From Octopus vulgaris (Eukaryota), in assembly GCA_951406725.2 (NCBI GenBank), contig OX597817.1:139438001-139502000 (forward strand): a stretch of DNA of 64,000 nt, given 5' to 3'. Positions 51,068 through 64,000 of the stretch are shown piece after piece (position 1 is the first letter of the stretch; every line of letters begins with the position of its first letter). The translations under genes and the position numbers were made by a program. The notes beneath the pieces were generated by a model, which saw nothing but the letters and a program-made list of their open reading frames with translations, ran no database searches and was not told the origin of the DNA.

Positions 51068-51534
51068 TCATATATGTGTGTGCATATGTATTTGACTGTG
51101 GAGGTGTGTGGCCAAGTGATGAGGCTGTTGCACTCATGATCATAAGATTGTGGTTTCAATTCGTGGACCTGGTAATGCATTGTGTTCTTGAGCAAGACAC
51201 TTCATTTCACATTGCTCCAATCCACTCAGCTGGCAAAAACAAGGCAGCATACCGTCCAAGAGGGGAATGTGATACATCACAGAATCTGAGGAACTGATCC
51301 TACAAACCAATGGCCTAGGAAAGGTCTTTGATCGTTTTTTGGATGTTTGAACTGCTTTCCAAAATAAACATTCACTTCATCTTAATGACTCCAACAAAGC
51401 TACAGCATGTTCTACAAACACTCACCTTTGCGTGCAATGCTTCTTATAAAAAAAAAAAACAACAGTAAACAAGTCAAGATGATTACATAATTCCTGTTCT
51501 TTTGTCATTCATTCATTAATATTATGCTGTCTAA

Positions 51535-52210
51535 AGGTGGTGAGCTAGCAGAAACATTAACATGCCGGGTGAAATGCTTAGCAGTATATCGTCTGTCTTT
51601 ACATTCTGAGTTCAAATTTCACCGAAGTTGACTTTGCCTTTCAATCCTTTCGGGGTCGATAACTTAAGTACCAGTTGTACACTGGGGTCGATCTAATCGA
51701 CTGCCTCCCCCCCTCTCCAAAACTTTGGGGATTTGTGCTTAGAGTAGAAAAAAAAATTTTGAAGATGAAAAGGCGGCGAGCTGGCAGAAATGTCAGCATT
51801 GCAGGCGAAATGCTTAGCGGTATTTTGTCCATCTTTACGTTCTTAGTTCAAATTCCACTGTAGTCCACTTTGCCTTTCATCCTTTCGGGGTCAATAAATT
51901 AAGTACCAGTTGTGCACTGGGATCAATCTAATTGACTGGCCCCCTACCCCAAAATTTTGGGATTTGTGCCTAGAGTAGAAAAAAAAAAAATTTTTGAAGA
52001 TGAAAAGGTGGCGAGCTGGCAGAAACATCAGCATGGGAGGCAAAATGCTTAGCGGTATTTTGTCCATCTTTACGTTCTGAGTTCAAATTCCGCTGTAGTT
52101 CATTTTGCCTTTCATCCTTTTGAGGTCAATAAATTAAGTTGTGAGGTCGATCTAATCGACTGGTCCCCTCCCTCAAAATTTCAGGCCTTGTGCCTAGAGT
52201 AGGAAAGAAT
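51535..52210 (+). repeat. Head-to-tail trimer of family A SINEs
   Basis: Three units of about 235 bp joined by agagtagaaaaaaaa(t)ttttgaagatgaaaagg. Confidence 0.88.
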
Positions 52211-52289
52211 ACTATGTTGTCTACTTTCCTGACACTTTTACTGTAAAGCATTCATACATTGAATTCTAACTGCTGTTTACTAGCATCAC

Positions 52290-53410
52290 TATGCCTAAGT
52301 GAAACCATAATATATGGATTATGTCCTTGCCACCCTTGTTTGCCAAGTTGATTGCACCTCAGCCCTGTCTCCTTGCCCACACTCATCTCCTAATTGCATC
52401 CCTTTCCCCTCCTTTTCCACCTCTTCATTTGAAAATCCTATGGGTCTTCCAACTTCCCCTAGCCAATCCTACAACCCTCCCTGTAATTCCCAACTTACCT
52501 CTCCAAAATCTATGCAGCCTATTGGTTCATAGCTCTCTCTCTCTCTCTCTTTCCCTCTCCACTTCTACCCATCCTGGTTCCTTCCCTTGCTCCAGACCCT
52601 GGTGTCACACCTGTCCGTTCATCACCCAACACCATCTCCCTCGCTGGAACCAACCATCGCACTATTCACATCCATGACTCTTTCTCCTGTACCTCTTTTA
52701 ACATCACCTGTTGCCTCAGATGTATCCTTTGGGGATCATTATATGTTGGTTACTCTAGCCACCATCGACCCAACAGATTTACAGAACAAGGCAACGAGCT
52801 GGCAGAAATGTTAGCATGCCGGGCGAAATGCTTAGTAGCATTTCGTCTGCCGCTATGTTCTGAGTTCAAATTCTTTGATTCTTTCGGGGTCGAGAATTTA
52901 AGTACCAGTTATGCACTGGGGTCGATGTAATCGACTTAATCCGTTTGTCTGTCCTTGTTGTCCCTTCCATGTTTAGTCCCTTGTGGGTAGTAAAGAAATA
53001 GGTATATCGTCTGCCACTACGTTCTGAGTTCAAATTCTGCTGAGGTTGACTTTGCCTTTCATCCTTTCGGAGTCGAGAAATTAAGTACCAGTTACGCACT
53101 GGGGTCGATGTAATCGACTTAATCTGTTTGTCTGCCCTTGTTTGTCCCCACTATGTCTAGCCCCTTGCGGGCGATAAAGAAATAAAGATTTACTGAACAA
53201 TTCAGAGACATCTGCCACCAAAAAATATCCCTGTCACTCTTCGCTTCTGCTTGACCAACTACTCCATCAAACGCCTCGCTGTCTTCAGCTTAGACTTACC
53301 CCAGGGAATCACCACCATTACCACCTCCATCACCAAACATCACCAGGTGCAACAATACATCTTCACACTGAAAACTCAAATGCCACTTGGACTTAACATT
53401 CCTCAATGCA
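52290..53410 (+). mobile_element. Penelope-like element relic (Zn finger + GIY-YIG endonuclease), interrupted by SINEs
   Basis: Frameshifted PGSFPCSRPWCHTCPFIT..IHDSFSCTS..CLRCILWGSLYVG..RFTEQFRDI..IFTLKTQMPLGLNI, the layout of the PLE endonuclease C-terminus. Confidence 0.7.
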
Positions 53411-53913
53411 TAACTGGTACTTAATTTCTCCTTCTTGTAACAGGCTTCCATTTCTCTTTTTCCACTCATTCTCCTTTCCTCTGCTGTTCCCCACTTTTCT
53501 CTCCCCATTTATCTTCCACACACTTCCACATACATAACTTGCATTCCATCCCATACACACACATATCATAGTACATACAAAAACTCCTCACTCATGCCCT
53601 CGTACACACATGTACACACATACACGCTCGTACACAAACACATATCAGTCAAAGCTTGCAATGTATACATTCTGGTTTTCCGCCATGTCACCCAAAGTAT
53701 GTTATATTCCATCATTCTACCTTCCTCATCATTATCATCATCGTTTAACGTTCATTTTCCATGATGGCATGGGTTGGACGGTTTGACTGAAGTCTGGAAA
53801 GCCAGGGGACCTGCACCAGGCTCCAATCTGATCAGGCAATATTTCTACAGCTGGATGCCCTTCCTAATGCCAACTACTCCTTATCTACTACAATATTTCC
53901 TTAACTGATTCAC

Positions 53914-54138
53914 CTTTCCTGCTTCTTTTTCTTTCTGTTTATTCTTTTTCTCTTCATATTTCACAATATCGCTTGACTTATGATGAACTTTTTGTAAATG
54001 TTTGCTATGTTTTTCACGATGTATTTTGGCTCGAATTTCTTGAGGGAATTTTGAACAAAAACTGTCTTTTTGAAAAAACCCTTTTTTAAGTAATTGTGTA
54101 CATGTTGGTCTGTAGTTAGGGTCCAAGTTTAAACATTC
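53914..54138 (-). CDS. CDKL2: CDKL exon (subdomain XI and alpha-J-like helix)
   Basis: tttcag|ECLNLDPNYRPTCTQLLKKGFFQKDSFCSKFPQEIRAKIHRE...EAGK|gtgaat; resembles CDKL2 CLHIDPDKRPFC..DGFAERF.QEL..K. Confidence 0.88.
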
Positions 54139-55026
54139 CTGAAATTAATACAATAAAAGATTTCACTTTAAAATGTTGATACTGCATTAATTTAGACATT
54201 GTTTAGATTATTTAAAACAAAATACAAAAAGTAAAATAACGTGTGACTGATTCAACAATGGCTCTTTCTCACTCATGTCTTCTGGATGGTACCATCTTAC
54301 ACCATGATTGGTTCTGTACCATTTTCTCAGATTATACATTGAAATCTCCTAGTCACCAACAACCTAATTTTAATTACTAAGGTAAGAACAATTCAGAGAT
54401 TTATTGCAAATTTTTATTAAACTTGTTGCCTGCTTTCTAACCATCACCTGGTCCACAAGTGTTTAAGGCAGAGTTCACTCTATTGCAAGTATTTTGGTCA
54501 GGCCTCAGGTCTGAAGGTAACCTCCAGCCAGTCTTGGAGCATCTGAAAATGGCTATGAGCCTTTCTTCTTTAACCAACTGGGAAAAAACAGACTAAAGAG
54601 CTGTGTTGGTACTAAGAGATATATAAAAAGGAAAAATGGGCCTTCGGTCGATATCTCATTAAGTTTTGATTTTTATTTTAGTTGTTGTTATTGCTGCCAG
54701 TGCCAGGTCAGTACAACTAGCTGGTGGGGGGTGCTTGCCTCCCCTTTGCAAATATAAGGACTCAAGATGTGTCAAAGCCGACTGGAAGCATTGATGCTTC
54801 CTAGGGCTAAATAGCGGTGGTGTGATTCCCTTTATGGGACTGTCACGTTGTGTTGACAGTATACAACCACTATATCACCCCACCACCGCTCATGTCTCTC
54901 TGAGACATTTAGAAATTCAATATTTCTAAATTTGTTGATTGATTTCTATAATCAAGAGCCTGTACTCTTGTTCAGATTCATTGATCTGTGGTGTCTCAAA
55001 GTCTCCTCAAAAATGTCAATGAATTG

Positions 55027-55463
55027 TGTGTTTTATGTACATCATAGGCGCAGGAGTGGCTGTGTGGTAAGTAGCTTGCTTACCAACCACATGGTTCCGG
55101 GTTCAGTCCCACTGCGTGGCATCTTGGGCAAGTGTCTTCTGCTATAGCCTCGGGCCGACCAATGCCTTGTGAGTGGATTTGGTAGACGGAAACTGAAAGA
55201 AGCCTGTCGTATATATGTATATATATATGTATGTGTGTGTATATGTTTGTGTGTCTGTGTTTGTCCCCCCCACCATCAATTGACAAGCGATGCTGGTGTG
55301 TTTACGTCCCCGTAACTTAGCGCTTCGGCAAAAAGTGACTGATAGAATAAGTACTGGGCTTACAAAGAATAAGTCCTGGGGTCGATTTGCTTGACTAAAG
55401 GTGGTGCTCCAGCATGGCCACAGTCAAATGACTGAAACAAGTAAAAGAGTAAAGAGTAAAGAG
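55027..55463 (+). mobile_element. tRNA-derived SINE (family B, CORE-like ttgggcaagtgtctt) with an internal (TA/TG)n
   Basis: A/B boxes tggctgtgtggtaag..ggttcagtccc; (agagtaa)n tail. Copies at about 48650-49095 (+) and 12445-12863, 2605-2725, 61225-61360 (-). Confidence 0.88.
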
Positions 55464-57511
55464 TATCATCTAAAGGCAGGGGATGTTTCTGATGATGAAA
55501 AACAGCAGCGGTCAGATAGACATGTTTGAATCTGCTACAGCATATCAAAAATAAATGGATATAGCTTTGTTTAGATTTTCACTGTTCTACATGTATTTCA
55601 TGAATTATTATCTGTTTGTCAGACATCAGAATACATCATGAAACAAGTTGTTTGCTGATTTCTTTAAACAAATGTCAGTAATCTTTGTTACATTCATTGA
55701 TCCTGGGTAACTTTGATTCCCCATGAAGTAGAAACACTGCAGCGTCTCAAAATTCCTTAATATCAATAAATTGCATCTGTTATGAACACACATTGTCGAA
55801 CGAAAGGAGACGTTCTTCAATGATGAAATTCAACAGCAATCAGTATGCAGTGAGACAGGAATGATCTATTTTGAGTTTGCGGCTTAGGTCAGTTGTGCTT
55901 TGGCAGACTTCAGCCAATCAGAGCAGGAGGTGTAATAAGACAAGTAGTAATTTCCGTCCAGCAGAATGACATATCTTTTTGAAATAGCTTGCAGATTTGA
56001 CGACATAGAAGCAACATCACTCTCTTTGACATGTCACATTTTCAGCGTCCACTACCAACTACACGCAACTCCTTTGATGCATATCAGCTTCCACTTTGCT
56101 TCATATAAACCTCAGTGTATATAGTAAGTCATGCGATTTTCCCTGTCTCACATACACATATATGTGTATGCAAGATTCATATGCAAGATTAATCCTTGTT
56201 ACCACTTGCTAACACTCATTACACTTCTGAATAAATTTCAATGCTTTTGCTTTATACACTTGTCTTCTGAATATTCTTTATTCACGCTTCTTTCAGAAAT
56301 CACTAAAAATTAATTCTTTCTATGAATTGTCTTTAAAAAAATGCTAGCTACACACATTATGTTACAACTCGAACACATTACATATAGGAGACATTTCTTC
56401 CAGCTTACTTTAGTGACCATATGTTACAAGTATATTGATATTCAAATCTACAAGAACAATTTGAAAATGAATAAACACAGTTTTACCGGTTTTTTTTCTT
56501 TTTATTATTATTTCAGTTCTTATTTCTTTATTGCCCACAAGGGGCTAAACATAGAGGGGACAAACAAGGACATTAAGTCGATTACATCGACCCCAGTGTG
56601 TAACTGGTACTTAATTTATCGACCCCGAAAGGATGAAAGGCAAAGTCTACCTCAGCAGAATTTGAACTCAGAACGTAATGGCAGACGAAATACCGCTAAG
56701 CATTTCGCCCAGCGTGCTAACGATTCTGCCAGCTCGCCACCTTATATTATATTATTATTTCAATTCTAACTATGGGAAGAATTCACATTGTCAAAGGAGA
56801 AGGAGCTAAGTTCATGACACTTTGCAAAGACTCAGTAACCAAAGGGAAGATGGGAAGAAGATATGCTCCGACTGGAAAACTAATCTCAGCGTTTGCAACA
56901 AGGTGCAGTCTGTTAAGAAACTTGGAGAAGGAGTAAGAAAATCTTCTCAAAATTCTCAGAATCAGATCAATTTCACTGATGGGCTTTGACACAGTTTCCA
57001 TTTACCACATTCTAGTTAGAAGACTTTGGTACAACCAAGGCTATAATAGTAGACAGCAAACCAAGGAACTACCCTGCACACAAAGTGAACTTCTTGACCA
57101 CTTGACCTTAGCCATACCCCCATCACCATACAGCTTTACCTTCACTCAGAAATTAAAAAAAAATAAAGGTGGGGTTTGTTGTCATCTTGCATCCTTTACT
57201 AGAATTTAAATAACAGCAACAGTGAAAAGTTATAAGCTAAACTTTTGAAAAGCCTTTCATATTTTTACTGTTCCACTTACAAATTAACTTTGTAAAATGT
57301 GTGGTAATTGGTTTTTAGGTTAATGGCCGAATACATGGCCGAATACATCATGGATTATAAATATAAATGTGTACATTTTCTTTTGGGATTTATTTAACTT
57401 TTCTCCTTTACAGAATCGAAAGCAGTCACTAAAAAAGAGACAAGGCTGTTTTGTTTAAACCAAGGCTGAGCTCTTGGGTCTTGTGGTTATCTGAAAAATT
57501 GATTCGGGTGA

Positions 57512-57559
<48 letters not shown>

Positions 57560-58186
57560 TTGTGTGTATGTGTTTGTGAGTGTGTTTGTGTGTGTGTGTT
57601 TGTGTGTTTGTGTGTATGTATTTGTGTGTGTGTTTGCATGTGTGTGTTTGTGTGGGTGTTTGTGTGTGTGTGTGTTTGTGTGTACGTGTGTGTGTTTGCA
57701 CAACTGTACTGGGTGTGCATGTGTGTGTGCCTTTCATATATGTATGTGACAGTGTGCATGACTTTGTCCCTCTCTTACAAAGCATTATTATGCGTGTGTG
57801 CTGTCCTCTCTTCCCTTTGTTACCTTGTTATAGGCACTGTAACTGTTCTTGTCACCCCTAACATGTTGTGCCACTATTCCCACCTCTCATTATCTTTGAC
57901 TCGTCAATCACGCTATTACTGATAGCTCTGCAAGACAATCACTTTCAAACGTCTGCCTTGAACTCATATATATCACGTAACTGACACTGATTTCAACTGA
58001 GAACTCCTACAACAACTCTCCTACTACTGACCATGACTGTCACATGACTGTCACAGTACTGACTTTATAGTGCTGCTATAAGGGACTAGGATAACACTTT
58101 GTAACATAAACACTAATGATTAATTCCTTTTGAAGAATTAATTTGAAGATTTTTCTCCAAAAATTCAAGAAACCGAATATATTTAC

Positions 58187-58326
58187 CTCAATAAAGAGTA
58201 CAGCGTCAGAAGAAAACTTTGAGAAGCGCTTTCGGATAGATTTCTTTTCTTTTACTTCTGGGATTCTTACAGAAGAAAATGATGGATTCTTGGCAAATAA
58301 AGCCTTATGTTGAGGAATCAGGTCTC
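58187..58326 (-). CDS. CDKL2: CDKL kinase exon
   Basis: ttttag|GDLIPQHKALFAKNPSFSSVRIPEVKEKKSIRKRFSKFSSDAVLFIE|gtaaat; resembles CDKL2 GNLIPRHQELF.KNP.F.GVRLPE; phase 1 to 0. Confidence 0.88.
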
Positions 58327-58414
58327 CTAAAATGCAATAAAGAATTTATAAATAAATGTGTGCGTGTGTGCGTGTTCTCTTTTGCTTTTAATAATAATAA
58401 TGATAATAATAAAA

Positions 58415-59460
58415 CATTGTGTACTGTGCTCAGGTGCACTACAACTCATCTAAAGTGTATGTATAGTACATAGGGTAATGTACAAGCGTCAGGAAAAGAA
58501 CAGTGCATGAGTCATGACATACACATATGTGTATGAGTATGGAAGGGGGACAATCAGGTGTAGTTTCGGAGAGCTGGCAGAAACGTTAGCACACCGGGCA
58601 AAATGCTTAGCGGTATTTCGTCTGCGTTACGTTGTGAGTTCAAATTCCGCCGAGGTTGACTTTGCCTTTCATCCTTTCGGGGTCGATAAATTAAGTACCA
58701 GTTACGCACTGGGGTCGATGTAATCGACTTAATACCTATGTCTGTCCTTGTTTGTCCCCTCTGTGTTTAGCCCCTTGTGGGTAATAAAGAAATAGGTGTA
58801 GTTTCGGCGGATTTCGGAAAGCATGAGGGCCTTAAAGGATGCAGTGTCATGGCAGTCAACAACTGACGCAGGCAGTTTGTTCCATGCTTCAGCAACTCTG
58901 AGCGTGAAAAAATGTTTCTGAAAGTCATGGGAGCTGTGCTGTTTTCTGACTTTGTAGGCATGTCCACGTGTGTTGGACACATGGAGATCAAAAAGGTGTT
59001 CAGTGTTGTTGTTGGTGAAGTGGTTGATAACTTTGTGGATGTTTACCAAGTCCATCGCCAGGCGCCGGAGCTTCACTGAATCCATGCCCAGGGAAACAAG
59101 GCACTCAGAGTATGGCAGGTGTCTGATGGAGGGTATGCATTTGGCTGCACGTCTCTGAACAGATTCCAGGAGGTCAATGTTCTGAGCAAGATAGGGGTTC
59201 CAAACTGATGATGTGAATTCCAAGTGTGGTTGTACCATAGCTGTATACAGCTTTAAATAGATGGCTGGAGAGCGGGTAACAAAAGTCTTGCTGAGTGATG
59301 CCAAGACACCCTCGGCCTTCTTGACAATTTTAGAGATATGCTTTGTCAAACGCAAATCACTGCTGACAGTGATGCCTAGGTCATGCTCGCAAGAGGATTT
59401 CTTGATATCAGTGTTGTGGAGGGAGTATGTGGACGCAGGGTTTTTTCTCCCAAAATTCTT
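58415..59460 (-). mobile_element. CR1-like LINE 3' part (RT C-terminus) interrupted by a SINE
   Basis: DLGITVSSDL..HISKIVKKA..LYTAMVQPHLEF.SSVWNPYL..LESVQRRA..NTRGH.YK..FFTLRVAEAWNKLP. Confidence 0.9.
58570..58793 (+). mobile_element. tRNA-derived SINE (family A) with a 14-bp TSD
   Basis: B-box-like gagttcaaattcc, central gactttgcctttcatcctttcggggtcgataaa; TSD aggtgtagtttcgg. Other copies at about 14030-14238, 20944-21155, 21187-21397, 52790-53186 (+) and 27382-27613, 28535-28760, 45397-45607, 56521-56742, 60408-60566 (-). Confidence 0.9.
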
Positions 59461-59937
59461 CCCTCGAGAAAGGAACTGGTTTCTAACAAAGATATAAAGC
59501 TCCATCATTGGAATGGAGATAACTGAAACAATGTCACATTTTAAACCTGAAAAAAGTCTTGCATATATTTACTGTTCCACTTACAAATTGTACTTCGCTC
59601 AACAAACAAACAAACAAACAAACCAGCATCGGCAAGTTCTTTGTAATACAAAAAAAGAAAAAGGAGCAAATCCCCTTCAACTGGGAGTGGGGAGTGGTAC
59701 TGAGAGGGGTAACTTTGTGCCAGTTGAAAGATTAAAGGTATAAAGGGACACAAATGAATTGTTTTGAATTAATCTTGCATTATCTCAATGATGTGATTAT
59801 CTATTATTTAGAATGGCATTTAAAGACAAGTGTGAAAGGCCAGATCTGGCCAACGTGAACAGAAAACAAGTAGAATATTTGGGCCAGCAAAAGAGTTGAA
59901 TGATAATAAATGAAAAGAATACGAATGAAAACCTTAC

Positions 59938-60050
59938 CTAAACATCTGATGATTTGGTAAATCTGATCTAAATCTGAATCTCCAGGGAAGAGAGGATCTC
60001 CACATAAGATCTCGGCAACAATACAACCAACAGCCCATATATCAACAGCT
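59938..60050 (-). CDS. CDKL2: Cyclin-dependent kinase-like (CDKL2/3-type) kinase exon, subdomains IX-X; upstream exons lie outside the window
   Basis: ttacag|[38 protein letters not shown]|gtaagg. Confidence 0.88.
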
Positions 60051-60352
60051 CTGTAAAAAAAATATGTCATTAAAGACTGCCAAGCTGCATACACACATAA
60101 ATATAACTATAGTCATTTTTGTCCAATATCACCCATTATTAATTTAAGAATGGTAACTTCAAGTTCTTCGCAATCTGAGTACCATTATCTAATTTTGATT
60201 CCCAGTTGAAATTGTGACATTTTATGCTGCTTATGAATCTTGGAAAAATATAAACATCACAACACTTTCAGATTTCTTTCACTCATGGTGATAATGTCAG
60301 TGGAAAAAGGGTTGACTGCCATTACACCCTATTTAAATTTTCTTGTAGATCC

Positions 60353-60407
<55 letters not shown>

Positions 60408-61358
60408 TCTTTTCTACTCTAGGCACAAGGCCTGAAATTTTGGGGGAGTGGGGCCAGTCGATGAAAGGCAAAGTCGACCTCAGTGGAATTTGAATTCAGA
60501 GCGTAAAGACAGTCGAAATATTGCTAAGCATTTCGCCCGGTGTGCTAACGTTTCTACCAGCTTGCCTTATATATATCGGTGAGCAGCATCCATTGCTAGT
60601 GGAGCGCTAAGAGTACCATACGAGTGAGATCGTTGCCTGAGCAACAAACTGTCCTTCGTGCCGATGGCACGTTAAACACACCATTCAAGCGTGATCGTTA
60701 CAGCATCACCTTACTAGCACTTGTGCTGGTGGCATGTGAAACATTCGAGCTAGGACGTTGCCAGTGCCACTGGACTGGCTCCTGTGCAGGTGGCACGTAA
60801 AAGCACCATTTGGATGTGGCCATTGCCAATACCACCAAACTGGCCCTCATGCCGGTGGCACATAAAAGCACCCACTACACTCTCGGAGTGGTTGGCATTA
60901 GGAAGGGCATCCAGCTGTAGAAACTCTGCCAGATCAGATCGGAGTCTGGTTCGCCAGACCTCAGTCAAATCGTCCAAGCCATGCTAGCATGGAAAGCAAA
61001 CGTTAAATGATGATGATGATGATGATGTATGTATGTATATATACATGCATGTATATATATATATACATATATATGTGTGTGTGTGTATATATGTATGCGG
61101 AAAACGGGTGTTAAACGATGATGATGATGATGATGATGATGATGATATATATATATATATCCCTCTCTCTCTTCCGGAGAGGCACTGAGCAGCTATACGC
61201 GCACATACACACACAGCAGTAACTCCCGCCTACCGAATTCAATCACAAAGCTTCGGTTGGCTCGGGGCTATAGTGGAAGACACCTACCCAAAGTGCCACG
61301 CAATGGGACTGAACCCGAAACCATGTAGTTAAGAAGCAAGCTCCCTAACCACACAGCC

Positions 61359-61401
<43 letters not shown>

Positions 61402-62651
61402 GTATATATTACACATATACATATGCATATATATATATATATGTACATACACAAATATGTATATGCACAAATACACATGCAAACAGATGATAGATAAGTA
61501 GGACATCACCCACATATTTTTGTTGTGTGTGTGTGTGTGTGTGTGTCTGTCTGTCTGTCTGTGTTATATAAACACACTGTATTTTTCTAATGAGACACAT
61601 GAGACAAAGTCCAGAATGTAGTTGTCTTTTAAAAATACAAAAATCTAACATTTCATGATACAAATACAGTTGAGACATCAATGGTTATTCTCTCTAAAAT
61701 AATTCTTTATTTGAAGGATTTCATTGAAAATCTCCAGTCATTGTTCTTATTTATATTGTTGAAGACATCAATACCATGAATGGTGACGCTTACTTCAAGA
61801 TAAAACACAGATGCTGGTTCTACTTTTTAACCAGTCTTCACAATATTCCAACATGATGGAACCTCTAACCATCACCATCATCATCTCATGCCCACCTTTC
61901 GAAGTTTATTGAGCCTTTAATGCCTACTTTTTGATGCTTGCTTTGATTGGATGAAATTAATTTAGATGGATTTTCTATGACCAACTGTCCTTCCTGTCAC
62001 CTTCCCTCAGGGAATATTTCACCATGGCTGGACACCACTTTCATGATGGCAACACACACGTTTACAATTGTCATGCAAAGCAAAGGCAATGAAAGAGAAA
62101 CATTCGCACATATACATACATGCAAACATGCATACATGCATACATACATACATTCATACATATATATATATATATATATACATATCTGATCTGGCAGATA
62201 TGTATATATAGTTTCTACAGCTGGATGCCCTTCCTAATGCCAACCACTCCATGAGTGTAGTGGGTGCTTTTACGTGCCACCGGCATGGGGGCCAGTTTGG
62301 TGGTACTGTCAACGGCCACGCCCGTTTAGTGCTTTTTACGTGCCACCTGCACAGGAGCCAGTCCAGCGGCACTGACAACGACCTCGCTCGAATGTTTCAT
62401 GTGCCACCAGCACAAGTGCTAGTAAGGCGATGTGGTAACAATCACACTCAAATGGTGTGCAGCACGTAAAAGCACCCATTACACTCTCGGAGTGATTGGC
62501 ATTAGGAAGGGCATCCAGCCGTAGAAACTCTGCCAGACCTCAGTCAAATCATCCAACCCATGCTAGCATGAAAAGCGGACGTTAAATGATGATGATGATG
62601 AGGATGATATATATATACATACATACATACATACATACATACATACATACA

Positions 62652-62682
<31 letters not shown>

Positions 62683-62822
62683 CGATAACTTTATTGGCCA
62701 CACAAGTCAACATAGAAGGGGACAAATACAATGTAGAGTTTTTCTTTTTGAGTGGGGGAGGGCAAAAACAAATAGAGTAGGGTTAACCCTAAAGTACATA
62801 CATATAGAGAGATAGATAGATT

Positions 62823-62892
<70 letters not shown>

Positions 62893-62912
62893 TATATATA
62901 TATATATATATA

Positions 62913-63778
62913 CAGGGTGCGATGGGTAAATTGTCACCATTTTATATTTTTAATTTCACACATGTGCATTGTTTGTTTTTGATTTTATCGACTACACAGT
63001 ATAGTAGGGTCAGTTGGGTACCGTCTGTGAGAGAAACAGCACCATGACACAATTCACCCTGCTAGAAATTTGGAAATGACATTCTGTACTGTTTGGGATT
63101 CACACCGGAAGCTCCAATATGAACATTTCAGAGTGTTTGGGTGTCAATCTGAAGACAGTGCAATCTAAGGACATGTACTGAGAGTGATAAAAATCAAACA
63201 TCCAGTCAACCTCCTGGTGTTTGGAGTAATCACCAGTGATGGTGATATGCCTCCGTTCATCTTCCTACATGACCTCAGACTCAACACAGAGGCCTACTTC
63301 AAGTGCCTGGAGGAGGCAGTGCTGCCCTGAGTCAAGAGGGTGGCTGCTGGAAGACCCTATCGCTAGCAACAGGACTCTGTACCATGCCATACAAGTAGGA
63401 GAACCCATTCATGGTTGTCAGATAATTTCTGTGACCACATCACCCCTAACATCGGGCCAGCTAACTCCCCAGATTGCAACCCCTTTGATTATTACATGTG
63501 GGGCACAGTTGAGTGAGAGACCAACAAAACTCTTTGTAACACCAAAGACGACCTGGAGGCAAGGATTATGACAGCATTCACCAACTTAAACAAAGAGTTG
63601 CAGGAGATTCCGAAGTTGTATGGAGACCCTGGTTGAAGCCAGTGGCAATTTTAATGAATAAATTTACTCTTTGGTATTCCAAGATATTTTTATGTAATTT
63701 TGGTAAATATATCTGCTAAAATGAGATGTCAGTGTTATTTTCATTTTTGCATAATTTTGATATATATATAGCACCCTG
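62913..63778 (+). mobile_element. Internally deleted Tc1/mariner (maT-like) element
   Basis: TA-cagggtgc ... gcaccctg-TA ends; relic VFGVITSDG..QQDSVPCHTSR..NSPDCNPFDYYMWGTVE. Confidence 0.85.
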
Positions 63779-64000
63779 TATATATGTATGCATGAATGTA
63801 TGTGTGTGAATGTTATTGTTCTGTTGCCTTGACATCGCACAACAGTTGTAAATGGGTGCTGCCATCATGCAAGTGGTGTCTAGCTGTAGAGAAATATTCC
63901 CTGAGGGGTAGTGACAAGAAGGACAAATGGCCATAGAAAATCCATCTAAACAAATTTCATCCAACCAAAGCATGCATCAGAAAGTAGGCATTAAATGCTG

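Noticed and set aside
55620-57115. Two complex, coding-looking stretches (55.6-56.1 kb and 56.8-57.1 kb)
   Set aside because: Multiple stops and no recognisable motif; cannot be assigned without a search

Overview
Repeat-rich, AT-rich animal genomic DNA. The repeat complement (RTE LINE with (ATG)n tails, tRNA-derived SINEs, long TG/TA microsatellites) suggests a coleoid cephalopod such as Octopus; this is inference. Two convergent intron-rich genes are present. (1) The C-terminal 15 exons of an acylamino-acid-releasing enzyme (APEH, S9C peptidase) on + (1126-29520). All splice phases join, the Ser/Asp/His triad is present, and one intron has a GC donor. (2) The 3' part of a CDKL2/3-like kinase on - (60050 down to at least 43467; further C-terminal exons are tentative). 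Introns hold a 5'-truncated PHD-bearing RTE LINE, R4-like and CR1-like LINE relics, two DD37D (maT) mariner relics, a Penelope GIY-YIG relic, several MITEs and many SINEs. The most notable unexplained signal is a set of distinct foldback elements carrying minimal type-I hammerhead-ribozyme-like folds with palindromic stem III and variant core 3/8 positions. Most short ORFs in the track are spurious.
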